Source: a virus
IMG/VR virus record: IMGVR_UViG_3300037540_000302
Location: 3,551 to 67,550 of that record
Length of the DNA stretch: 64,000 nucleotides
Reading direction: 5' to 3' (one strand)
In this document: piece by piece, positions 9,816 to 20,136 of the stretch
How positions within the stretch are numbered: the first letter of the stretch is position 1
Layout: the number at the start of each line of letters is the position of its first letter
Position numbers and translations under genes: made by a program
Notes under the pieces: model-generated
Told to the model about the DNA's origin: nothing
Seen by the model: only the letters and a program-made list of their open reading frames with translations
Databases searched by the model: none

Positions 9816-10292
9816 TTATTCATCTTCATCTTTCATCATGCCATCAATAGATTTTTCTTCATCTCCCATCTTATCCAGGATTTTATCAAATGGAGTTTCT
9901 CTAAGTTCCACTTGCGATCTATCTGTAAATTTATGATGGTGCTTCAGCAAAAATATTGCCATTGTAGTATCTATATTTTTGTGTATCGCAAATTCCTGTA
10001 ATTTCATTTCCTGTAATTTCTTTGCTTTTTTTAGATACTGTAAAAACGACTTGAAATTATCTTTCAAATATGTTATGGCATGTGGGTATAGGTCCTTTTC
10101 AACTACAAGGAATTTCTCAAAAAATATATTGCCAGCATGATCGTCTGTCAATTCATTTTTATTTTTAGGGTCTTGAATATATTTAGGCATTAGCCATTCT
10201 ATTAAATCTTTCCCTAATTCAATAACTATTTCTTCCGTCCACTTCACGGCATTATTATTTCCAGGCTGGCCACCTTCTTTTTTTTTATCCAT
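9816..10292 (-). CDS. terS: Terminase small subunit / DNA-packaging protein
   Basis: GGQPGNNNA N-terminal motif, MAIFLLK..H...D C-terminal motif, acidic tail. Confidence 0.75.
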   Translation of the reverse strand: MDKKKEGGQPGNNNAVKWTEEIVIELGKDLIEWLMPKYIQDPKNKNELTDDHAGNIFFEKFLVVEKDLYPHAITYLKDNFKSFLQYLKKAKKLQEMKLQEFAIHKNIDTTMAIFLLKHHHKFTDRSQVELRETPFDKILDKMGDEEKSIDGMMKDEDE

Positions 10293-10293
10293 C

Positions 10294-10815
10294 TTAAAAT
10301 TCACACCCACATTTTGGACACTTATGTTTTTTGAACAGCTTTGTATTTACATCCTTATCTTTGAATTTCACATCCTCAAAATAGTTCTCCCTTATAGACT
10401 TCATGCCCTTATGTTTCTTTGTAAGGCTGTCAAGATTCAAATTGTGCACTGTTATTTCTTTATAGGCACCATCTTCCGTAATTTTTGTATATTTTTCTGC
10501 ATATAAAAATATCAATTCCACGGCTTCTGTCATATCCTTACAACCAATCCATTCGCCCGATAATAAATCAGGTACATCCTCCCCCAATCCTATCTGCTCA
10601 TTTAAAACAGCTTGCAAGTGGCAACCATCTAAAATCCATAATGCATCAGTGCTTTTTTGCCACAATCTATATGATCGTATAACCCCATGCTGTTTCAAAG
10701 ACTGTACCAATCGCTCCTTATCCTCTTTATAAAAATCTTTTAAATCATCTACTTGTAACCACTTTGCTTTTCTCCAATCGAATAGCCCTTGCTTAATTAT
10801 TCTATTTTCTATCAT
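10294..10815 (-). CDS. ParB-like N-terminal domain protein with C-terminal CPKCG zinc ribbon
   Basis: L..SL..HG....WILDGCH; HKCPKCGCEF; usual position upstream of terS. Confidence 0.7.
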   Translation of the reverse strand: MIENRIIKQGLFDWRKAKWLQVDDLKDFYKEDKERLVQSLKQHGVIRSYRLWQKSTDALWILDGCHLQAVLNEQIGLGEDVPDLLSGEWIGCKDMTEAVELIFLYAEKYTKITEDGAYKEITVHNLNLDSLTKKHKGMKSIRENYFEDVKFKDKDVNTKLFKKHKCPKCGCEF

Positions 10816-10821
10816 GCCCCT

Positions 10822-10850
10822 ATAATAATATCAATCTCCTATTTTGTCAA
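10822..10850 (-). promoter_or_regulatory. sigma70-type leaderless promoter of the parB-like/terS operon
   Basis: TTGACA-N17-TATTAT-N6-ATG. Confidence 0.75.
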
Positions 10851-12361
10851 CTTTCTTATCTTTTGATATTCGCTTATTAAGTATAGCTTCCATTTTAATA
10901 AATTCATCTCTTGTTGATAACTGGCTTATATCAAAATCAACATTTAATTCATCCTCTGCATGATATTCAGCGGTATCTTGCATTTGAATATCAGGCATTT
11001 TAACTATATGCCTAAATCCATCCGTAGCCTCAATAAAATGATCAACTCCATCACAACGCCAACAGAATCCCTCTTGCCATTTCGCCGTTTCCCTTTTCTT
11101 AGCTTCTAAAAGACAGGCCTTTTCACTACCTAATTTAGCAAAATTTTCATAAACTATAAGCCTAAACTTACACTTTCTTGCTTTTTTAAATTCCATAATT
11201 TACTCCTTTAATTTTTATACAAATGATATGGTTTATAATATAACATTATTCCCCATCTTTTCAGAAATTTTAATAACCACACAAAACTATCTCTTTGTAC
11301 TGCGTATTCATAAGCGGTATTCATTTCACGATCAAAATATTCAGAAGTATTGCTATTGCTATGATCTACTAATATTATGCTATCGCAGCTATTGCAAATC
11401 ACAATATCTTTTTTTATTCCAGATTTCCAATTTGTCCATTTATATTGACATATAGGACAAATCAATCTAAGCTTGTCTTTATTGAATCTTCCGATTTTAA
11501 TTTTATTCATTTTATACTCCTTTAATTTATTAATTTAATAACTTCGCCATCCTTTTGGCTGCCCTTGAAATTCTTTTCATTTTAATAAACATTAAGAGAT
11601 TTTTTAACCATAGTCTTTTTTGTGATTTCCCTATTTTATCCTTCAATAGTTTGAAATTTTCCTTTACTTTGGTATCATCTCCACCGATTATAGAAATCTT
11701 AAATCTAATCTCTTCTAATTTCATTTTAAAACAATCCCGTCAATTTTAGAAAAAGATATGCAAGGTGAACACCAATAATAACCATAAGCTTTGGATAAGC
11801 ATAATCTCTGATAATAAAATAGGATTTCCAAAATATTGATTTTATATCAGTACCTTTAACTTTTGTTAAATTGCCTATTAAAAATACTGAAAATGAAATC
11901 CCATAAACTATCCACAACAAAATTTTAAGTACTATCATTTTGACCTCCTTTAAAATATTCAATGAGCTTATGGCCTTTAGTTTTTGTAACAATTGGCTTT
12001 GTAATTTTTATTTCCTTCGCCATAATGGCTCCCTTATCCCAGGAAGGATCAATTGAAATTCTAAATTCCTCTGGTGTTAAATGATAAAGGGCTGCTGCGC
12101 GGGGCAAAGGAGTTTCCCCCTTTATTTCACATTCAAAAGCAAAAACATAATCCCCAATTTCCTTTGGCATAGCATTAATTAAATTGCCTAATGTATTAAA
12201 GCATAAAGGATGATAGCCCTTTTCAGCAAGCCATTTATGAGCTTTGCAAAATACTCCAATCTTATATTCAATACATGCTTCTTTATTGTCTGTTGGCACT
12301 CCGATTGATACATATTTGCCATCATGAGACCGACATACAGCTTTATAATATTTTCTTCTTT

Positions 12362-12745
12362 TCATTCCTCCACCTCCCTAACCCCACTCCAATACTCTTC
12401 CAATTCTGCAATATTAACCATTTTGATTTTTGTCCTCTTGCCTCTACCACCCCGTCGCCATAAGCGAGTTATACTTCCCTCGTTATATAAATCGTTTATT
12501 GTGCCCTGCGAGGGCTCCGTCCATTTCGCCGCCTCTCTTATGGTTGCATATTGGGGCTTAACTATAACTATAGCATCGAAGGGTATTATTGTTTGCTCTC
12601 CCTTTTTTTCTCCCTTTATGCAAACTACACCATAAGTTATATTATCAAATACATATATCATGTAGAAATTTGAGTCATCCTTAATTTTAAACTCAACCCC
12701 CCTTTGTTCCTGTATCTCTTTAAATTCAATCATTTTCTTTTCCAT
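12362..12745 (-). CDS. Protein with C-terminal excisionase-like HTH
   Basis: YATIREAAKWTEPSQGTINDLYNEGSI pattern. Confidence 0.45.
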   Translation of the reverse strand: MEKKMIEFKEIQEQRGVEFKIKDDSNFYMIYVFDNITYGVVCIKGEKKGEQTIIPFDAIVIVKPQYATIREAAKWTEPSQGTINDLYNEGSITRLWRRGGRGKRTKIKMVNIAELEEYWSGVREVEE

Positions 12746-13869
12746 TTATTTCTCCTTATCAGCCTGGATTTTAAGTTCATCAATAAAGCCATTTCTAAGC
12801 TCCAATTTACCCCTATCAAATACCCATCCTCTTTTTGATTGTAAAATCTCTACTCTTCTACTATGTGGATTTAATGGCATTGCTATAAAAGAATAATCTC
12901 TTAAGTTGAACAGATCATTAAACACACATGTTTCAATTGTGCACCCTTCGCATGGTGCCGCTTTACAATCAATTATTTTTTTGTTCATTTTTATCTCCTA
13001 TACATATTCCTAAAAATCCATAAAGTTCTTTCATGGTCTCCTTACCGGGTTCCGCTTCTTTCTCTTCCGGTCCCTCTAACCATAATTCCTCAATTTTATT
13101 CCAATCAACTTTCCTTTTCATTTCAATCCTCCAAATCTTAAATCAACCGGTATCCCCGGTTTAATTATTCCGGCTTTCTTTACTCGTACCTCAACCCGCT
13201 TTAGAATCTCACGGGTATAGTGAGCGCCCCCATCGGGCTTAATTTGATACTTTTTGACTATTATTTTTTTCATGATTACCTCCTATGATTTTTTATCCTT
13301 TTTAAATCTTTTCAATGCCGCCGTTTTAATCAAAGCATGTTCAGCATAATATAGGGAATGATTGTAAGGCAATACTCCTATAACTTCAAATATAGGATTA
13401 GGATAATCCTTAACGCTAACCAATGCCATAATTTCTCCTATATTTGCAGACATTGTGACTTCATAAATCTTACATTTAAAGCTTTGATTGATTTTAATTT
13501 CTTCGATACTTGTTACTTTGTGTTGATATTCTTGATCTTTTTGTTTCATGATTACCTCCTTAAGTCTTCTTTTAAATCTTCATTAATGAGTAACATTTCA
13601 ATTTTTTTAGGAATAATCTCTAATGCTTTGGCTATCTTCCAGTCTATTTCGTCCAGCCCCATCCAATCGTTTTGGATGCACCTGCTTTGGAAATCCGTTA
13701 CTAATTGCTTAATGGCTTCTTCTTTAGTCATTTTATTATCTCCTATTATTTTGACATTGCTTCGTGTTGGCATTCATAATAATAATAACACTCTTGACAC
13801 TTGACATTGCTCGGAACCTGCGTCAAAATTATAATCCCTATCATCTTCATGTAATGCTTGATCTGGTTC

Positions 13870-14117
13870 GTTAAGCCATTCTTGCTTTTCTTCTCTATTC
13901 ATCTTTATTACCTCCTATTCATCCCCAAAAGGCGTGTATCCTTCGGAGTGCTGGTCATATTCAATGGGGTCTCGAAGTTGATCCCCGCTGAAATTATAAT
14001 AGTACCCGGTCTTTTCATCGTACAGTGCCTCAGTATCGGTCTCACCATACGGGACTTGCTCTAAGTTGTTAAGCCATTCTTGCTTTTCTTCTCTATTCAT
14101 CTTTATTACCTCCTATT
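13870..14117. repeat. Exact 50-bp direct repeat (13870-13919 and 14068-14117) covering the RBS and first 11 codons of two tandem ORFs
   Basis: gttaagccattcttgcttttcttctctattcatctttattacctcctatt occurs twice. Confidence 0.95.
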
Positions 14118-14514
14118 TAAATTTATTTGCATATTTTTCATTGCCATTTCTCTTGCTAAATAATACGATGTTGCCAGACAATATTCTCCTGGCTGCCCGT
14201 AATTATCATTTATCCAGCTGACAAGAGTCTTTGAAATCCTACCATTATCAAATTCGATTGAAGCTATACCATTTCTTATTTCGATTACGGTTCCGACTTC
14301 GCATTCCCGGTGGTCGTAAATTTTTGTGTTTAGCATGTTGTTGTCTCTCTAAGCTTTAGTATTTTCTAGCTTAATGATTTTAAGCTCTTTTGTTTTCCTG
14401 CTCCACTCAAAAATCACTTTGCCGATTTTTACTTGAAAAAAATAAGTTCCTTTTCTATAAGTCATTTTAACACTCCTTGCAAGTCGTTAGCTCCCGGCTA
14501 ACTCTTACACTATT

Positions 14515-14543
14515 ATTATAGTATAATTTTGTCCATTTGTCAA
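14515..14543 (-). promoter_or_regulatory. Consensus sigma70 promoter with leader hairpin and RBS
   Basis: TTGACA-N17-TATAAT, then GTTAGC-CGGGA-GCTAAC, AAGGAG and ATG 14465. Confidence 0.85.
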
Positions 14544-14636
14544 CTATTTTGTACAATTATTTTTATTTTTGTACAATATATTGTTAAAAATGGATTATAT
14601 ACCCCTATGTCGTAACGTTATGTTACGATTTTTAGT

Positions 14637-15746
14637 TTATTTCTTTTTTAATCCCTTCCAATATTGTCTTGCGAATCGTTTCGCTTCACTTTTAAACGTC
14701 TTATTTGGAATGTACTTCACGTCATACGGCGACATAAATTTATTAAACTCTCTAATATAATCAAATAGCATGTCCTGGTACAACCCATAATCATAAGTTA
14801 TATTATCGCATTTTTTCCTGATATGGCCAGTCCTTTTTAGCCAATGCTCAAAGGGCAATCCAGGATTAATCCCCGATATAATAGCCTTCGTGGTATTTTT
14901 TATAGTCCCTTTCATGTTACGTAATTCCCTGCCTTTCTTGAAACATGCGCAAAGCTTCTTTAAATCTTTCTGACTCAAAAATCCATCCGGGTCGCAATGA
15001 TAACCCAATAATAGTATTAGGAATTTGTCCGGCTTTTTCGTTTTCGACTTCTTTAAATGCCAAAATACATCGCCTCCCTCAAAGACTCCGAAAACCTCTC
15101 TTTTGGTTCTATTATTCAAATACGTTATTTGATCATAGAATGGCGTCCCAATACCTATAGGTATCCGTTTGTCAAGCTTATGACAAAAGTTTACCATCTG
15201 CACGCTCCATTCACGTGCCCCACTTATCCAAGCATTGTATATTTCCCAATTTAGGCATAGTAATGTATTGTCGGGTAGCATAGGGGTGAGCTTCTTTAAG
15301 AATTCCTTTTGCTTAGATATTCCATAATTAAAAAAGCCTCGCACCAGGTTACGTCCTTTTGGCACCGGCCCACCGTTTTTAGAGTTCCACAGATGCGAAT
15401 CCGCAAACCAGCGCCGCAAGGATGAACCGTCTATAATAATAACAAGGGCACAGCCAATCCCATCAAGTCTTTCCGCTTCATTCTTGATATAAGCGAATGC
15501 TGCTTCATTCCACCCGGCCCAATTAGATTCAATTTTAGACCCTTCCTTATAAAGCCATGGACATGTCTTTGCGCCTATGAGAAATTGCATTTGGATATAA
15601 AAGGTATTTACGCCGGATTTTATCATTTTTCCAAATAGTGGCCCCTTGGGCACACCATTTTGACCACTCGCGAAAAGATATTTTATCTCTTCACCGACCC
15701 CGACCTTAAAGAATCGCGGGTTTTCTTTAGAGATTGTTAATTTCAT
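14637..15746 (-). CDS. Putative glycoside hydrolase-like TIM-barrel protein (GH-A clan / DUF4038-like)
   Basis: ISKENPRFF, WNEAAFAYIK, HLWNSKNGG and LNWE resemble GH5/GH140-type motifs. Confidence 0.45.
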   Translation of the reverse strand: MKLTISKENPRFFKVGVGEEIKYLFASGQNGVPKGPLFGKMIKSGVNTFYIQMQFLIGAKTCPWLYKEGSKIESNWAGWNEAAFAYIKNEAERLDGIGCALVIIIDGSSLRRWFADSHLWNSKNGGPVPKGRNLVRGFFNYGISKQKEFLKKLTPMLPDNTLLCLNWEIYNAWISGAREWSVQMVNFCHKLDKRIPIGIGTPFYDQITYLNNRTKREVFGVFEGGDVFWHLKKSKTKKPDKFLILLLGYHCDPDGFLSQKDLKKLCACFKKGRELRNMKGTIKNTTKAIISGINPGLPFEHWLKRTGHIRKKCDNITYDYGLYQDMLFDYIREFNKFMSPYDVKYIPNKTFKSEAKRFARQYWKGLKKK

Positions 15747-16328
15747 GTTATTCTCCTATTTTACTTTTTTATAAACACAGCCATCGTAAATTAGATTGTC
15801 GCCAACCTTAATTACTTGACTTCTTTTTATTTCTTGTTTTGAAACTAAATAAATCCGTTCATGCTGATAGGGCTTGGTTATAGTTCTCATAATCACAATA
15901 ACTAATAAGAAAGTTATCAAAGACATTATAATTGCTATCATTATTGGCAAAACTTTCTCTTGATAAAATTTTTTCATGTTTCACTCCTTTTTTAAATCTA
16001 AAAATCTAATCGAAATCTTACCATCATGATTATATAGCCCAATAACCTCGCCTACATGGGGCATATCAATCACGATTAATAATTTATTTAGCCAATCATT
16101 TTTAGAATCCTTTTCCCAATCCGGTATATCAATATCTTTAATTTTGTTTTCTGAATAAGGACTCAATTTATGATCTGGCAAAATTATTTTTAACCACTTG
16201 ATGGCCACCTCAAAGGGTATATCAATTAAGTGGCTAAACCCATAATCATGGGGATATGTTACTGTATCCCCTGGCATCCAATTTTCCTTTTTTAAAATGT
16301 TCATATTTTATTCTCTTTATTTTTGGAT

Positions 16329-17285
16329 TCAATTAATCTTCGTTAAAAAATTAAAGCTTAATTGTTTATTTTCCATGACAATATGTTCCAGGTTTAATTC
16401 CGCTTGCCTATAATAACTTTCTTTCAATTCACTTCCTATTCCTTTTCTGCCCATAGCAACTGATTGATAAACTTCTGAGCCGATCCCCATAAATGGAGAA
16501 TACACAATATCTCCAGGATTACTCCATAGCAATACTCCCCTTGCTATCGTATCTAATTGTAACGGGCATATATGCTTTTCATCTTTTTCATCTCTTGCAG
16601 ATGTTTTTTGTAATGTTTTTGATTGCCTTATATCCATCCATACAGGAGATGCATATTTTTGCCATGTTACATGCTGATATTTTAATCCTGATATTTTAGG
16701 TGGATTAGATCCAAAATATTCAAATTCTGTTAGCCCATTTGGGTGTTCTATTGGCTCTTTATTTTCTCCATGCTTCCGCATTGTAATTAGATAATCCGGT
16801 AAGCCAGCCCGGCATACAGCGGAATCCTTGACTATTTGCTTATGCATTAACCCCAGGGCTTTTGTTCTTGTCGCTTCAATTAAAGGATCTTTCCATATAA
16901 TGTGCCTTGAATGATATATTAAACCAATCGACTCAAAAAGTCTAATGATATCTCCTGGAAAATCTCTTAAGCCAATATACCCATGATTTTGTTTTTGAAT
17001 TGGCACATCAATGCAGTGAATAACAATGCATCGGCCTGGCTTTATCATCCTTTTTAATTCAATCGCCAAATATTTAAAGTGTTCAAAAAATTCTTGATAA
17101 TTTTGTGAATTTCCTAAATCACGACCTGAATCTGAATATGTATACAATTCAGGAAATGGTGGTGAAAAAATAATAAGTCCTACTGAATTATCAGGAAATA
17201 CTTTTGCTATTTCAATACTATCGCCTTGATAGATAGCGTAATCTTCTGTTATTTTTTGATTTAAACAATTAATATTTAATTCCAT
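16329..17285 (-). CDS. DNA methyltransferase (N4-C/N6-A, beta class)
   Basis: Catalytic FSPPF precedes SAM-binding SPFMGIGSE; HICPLQL motif. Confidence 0.92.
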   Translation of the reverse strand: MELNINCLNQKITEDYAIYQGDSIEIAKVFPDNSVGLIIFSPPFPELYTYSDSGRDLGNSQNYQEFFEHFKYLAIELKRMIKPGRCIVIHCIDVPIQKQNHGYIGLRDFPGDIIRLFESIGLIYHSRHIIWKDPLIEATRTKALGLMHKQIVKDSAVCRAGLPDYLITMRKHGENKEPIEHPNGLTEFEYFGSNPPKISGLKYQHVTWQKYASPVWMDIRQSKTLQKTSARDEKDEKHICPLQLDTIARGVLLWSNPGDIVYSPFMGIGSEVYQSVAMGRKGIGSELKESYYRQAELNLEHIVMENKQLSFNFLTKIN

Positions 17286-18687
17286 TTTTATCTCCTTTTA
17301 GCCACACTGGTAAATGTATTTGATTTTTTGGACTATAATTTGATTTTTTTTTATCTTTTCCTTTTATATTTTCCATAACGTATTTTTTAGTATGTTTTAT
17401 CATATATTTTCTCATTTCTAATGCATTTTTTTCTTTTCTTTTGATATTCTGTAAAACATTTCCTTCAATACTTGATGTCAATATGTGAGCGGTTACATTG
17501 TTTGTTTGCCCAAACCTCCAGCATCTGCGGACAGCTTGATAATATCTTTCAAAAGAATCAGATAAGCCAAAAAATATAACATTTGAACATAATTGAAAAT
17601 TCAAACCAAACCCTAAAATAGATGGCTTACTTATCATTATTAGTTTTTCTTTATTTAGCCATCCATATATTTGCGCTTCTCTAATTTTTTCACTTTGCGA
17701 TCCTTGCAATCCCCTTAATGAGAATGCATTTACAAATATTTTCTCTAAATAATCTTGCTCAGCATTCAAGTCTACCCAAATAAGAAGTGGTTTATTTAAA
17801 TAACCATCATAATTATTAATTATTTCTAAAGTTTTTTTTGCTTTATCACTTATCGCCTTACGTCTCGCCAATCTTCTTTCGGTTAATGTTTCTGCCATTT
17901 TAGGGAATAAACATCCAGGCATTATCTCTTTAGATTCTATTATATGATTAATAATTTTCAACTCTGGCAAATCAAATCCATCATTCTTATACCCCAAATC
18001 GGACGGCTCGTGAATAATCGCTGCCCACGATGCTACCCATTCCCAAAATTTATCAATGCAATGCCTTTTTAATCTCCATTTTTGAGTTTGCGTTTGATCA
18101 TTTATAAAGAAGATCGCTTTCATTTCTCCAACTGTCATATAACCTAAAAATTCAGCATGATTACCTAATTCCATAAAATCATTTGGTGCAGGAGTTGCAG
18201 TACAACATAATTTATATTCTATATTTTTGGTATTTTCAATTAGCCATGACCGCCATTTTCCTGTTTGGGATTTTAAGATACTTGATTCATCTAAGCAAAT
18301 AGCCCCCATTTTAGATAAGTTAAATTTGTGTAATTTTTCATAATTAGTTATATTAATTCCCCTTTTTATATCATCTTGACTTTCTGCAATATTTATCTTA
18401 TAGCCAAACTTAATGCCCTCTTGCTTTGTTTGCTTTGCTACATTCAAAGGAGCAACTATCAAACTTTTATTCACTATAAAATTGAGACATTTCAGAAATT
18501 CCATTTGCATAAACGTTTTGCCTAATCCTGGACTTGCAAATATTGCAGCTTTCCCTTTCCTTAAAGACCACCAGGTTATATCTTTTTCAAATTCAAACAT
18601 TTTTAAATTCAAATCTTTCCTTTTAATATTAATGCCATAGTTTTTAATTGGCAAAGTCTTACTATTTAAAAATTCTTGATAATCCAT
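17269..18687 (-). CDS. SNF2/SF2-type helicase
   Basis: PGLGKT, LDESS, TATP, GFGLNFQ, QAVRRCWRFGQ. Confidence 0.92.
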   Translation of the reverse strand: MDYQEFLNSKTLPIKNYGINIKRKDLNLKMFEFEKDITWWSLRKGKAAIFASPGLGKTFMQMEFLKCLNFIVNKSLIVAPLNVAKQTKQEGIKFGYKINIAESQDDIKRGINITNYEKLHKFNLSKMGAICLDESSILKSQTGKWRSWLIENTKNIEYKLCCTATPAPNDFMELGNHAEFLGYMTVGEMKAIFFINDQTQTQKWRLKRHCIDKFWEWVASWAAIIHEPSDLGYKNDGFDLPELKIINHIIESKEIMPGCLFPKMAETLTERRLARRKAISDKAKKTLEIINNYDGYLNKPLLIWVDLNAEQDYLEKIFVNAFSLRGLQGSQSEKIREAQIYGWLNKEKLIMISKPSILGFGLNFQLCSNVIFFGLSDSFERYYQAVRRCWRFGQTNNVTAHILTSSIEGNVLQNIKRKEKNALEMRKYMIKHTKKYVMENIKGKDKKKSNYSPKNQIHLPVWLKGDKNGIKY

Positions 18688-18873
18688 TTTGTCTCCATAT
18701 TGAATTCATTGTAAGCCTTGTTAACCTTCAATTCAACTTCCTGTTTATGCTCTGATTTCGGCTTAATAAAAGCCATATAATCAAAAAGTGTTTCTCCTGA
18801 TAAAGTAAATTGTGATATTCCTTTCTAAATACTATTTTACTCAATTCATATAATTCATTTTTTTCTTGTATTG

Positions 18874-19176
18874 TCATCCCGTCACCTCCAATAAAAAATC
18901 CTTTATTTCATTTTTTGTCAATAAGCCCGTTTTAATACCTAACGTTTTGCCATTCTTAAATATGGCTAATTTAGGAAATTTTACAATCCTGAATCGTTTC
19001 TCCATTTCGGTCTCTTTTTCAAGATCGCATTCATACATTTTGATACTCGCGAGATTGCAAGACTTAAGGTTTTCAATAAGATTCCTACCGATTTGATCAT
19101 TCTTTCTAAACACAACCATAATTATGAATGGCTGTAGCAATACTTTTTTATAGTTTTGATCTGTTAGTTTATTCAT
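18874..19176 (-). CDS. Thioredoxin-fold protein lacking CxxC
   Basis: LTDQNY...VVF, D.E.E.EM..RFRI..FP.LAIFKNGK....TG...K.EI..FL matches the thioredoxin scaffold; WCGPC absent. Confidence 0.7.
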   Translation of the reverse strand: MNKLTDQNYKKVLLQPFIIMVVFRKNDQIGRNLIENLKSCNLASIKMYECDLEKETEMEKRFRIVKFPKLAIFKNGKTLGIKTGLLTKNEIKDFLLEVTG

Positions 19177-19429
19177 ATTATTACCTCTATAATTTCATCA
19201 ATATTTTTATCTTTCATTTGTTTCATTTTATTACCCCCCTGTTCTTAGCTTCTTCCATGGTATCTTTATGAAATTGAAATATCCCATGCTCTATAAAAAG
19301 CTTTAATACATGGGAAGCTAAAATATCTTCATCTAATTTTTCACTAGCGTGTAGATTCATGTGTATTTTAATCGCCTCTTTGAATTTTTTTTCACTTTGT
19401 TTATTATCATATTTTATTATAAACATTTT

Positions 19430-19849
19430 TCACCATCCTATTACAAAGCCCTGATAACTATTTAACTTCGTTACTTTAAAGAATTTTTTTTGTTCTTTGA
19501 AATTTATGAATCCATCTTGCCGTGCAAAACTATCCAATATAATGGATCCTTTGACTTGATTAAATTTATCTATTTCAATCTTATCATGATAACTTATTAT
19601 CTTACTGTTTAAATTTAATTCATTTCTGAAATAATCACTTGCTATAAAATCATTTGATATACTTATTCTATAACACCATTTGCAAACAGGCTCTTTTCCT
19701 TTAGACCATACCCGTTCACACGTTTTTTTTCGTAAGTCAACGTATTGATAAAGTGTTTCTCCTATCTTTGCAGGCCTACCTCTTATTGTATGCGGTTTTG
19801 TCCAATCTCTAAGATCGTTTAAGAATCGTCTTTGGAATCCTAATAGCAT
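19430..19849 (-). CDS. ASCH/PUA-like domain protein
   Basis: MLLGF..RF......TKPHTIR....K.GE.LYQY...R.K.C and FARQDGF. Confidence 0.7.
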   Translation of the reverse strand: MLLGFQRRFLNDLRDWTKPHTIRGRPAKIGETLYQYVDLRKKTCERVWSKGKEPVCKWCYRISISNDFIASDYFRNELNLNSKIISYHDKIEIDKFNQVKGSIILDSFARQDGFINFKEQKKFFKVTKLNSYQGFVIGW

Positions 19850-20136
19850 TTTTTCACCACTTATTTATTATTTCATTTCGATTTATTATATCTTGCACTA
19901 CATATTTATGTGCTAAAAGTGTACTATATGCATCCATTAAGGCGCCCTTTCTGCTTCCATTAGCAGCAATATAACATCCCGTTGAATATTCGCTAACCCA
20001 AAAGAGATTAGTATTTTCATCAGGATAAGTCAGGACACACCTAAATGGAAAATTTTTGAATTTGATTAAATTGCCAGTTTTTATATGTGACGTTATGCCA
20101 CATATTCTAAATCTTATCTTTTCACCTATTATCATT

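Noticed and set aside
13118-13273. Frameshifted AbrB-like pseudogene
   Set aside because: Recounting bases gives an intact 51-aa ORF with no convincing AbrB motif
13870-14117. 50-bp repeat as DGR TR/VR, att site or CRISPR
   Set aside because: Only two identical copies, no adenine-specific differences, and no reverse transcriptase or integrase
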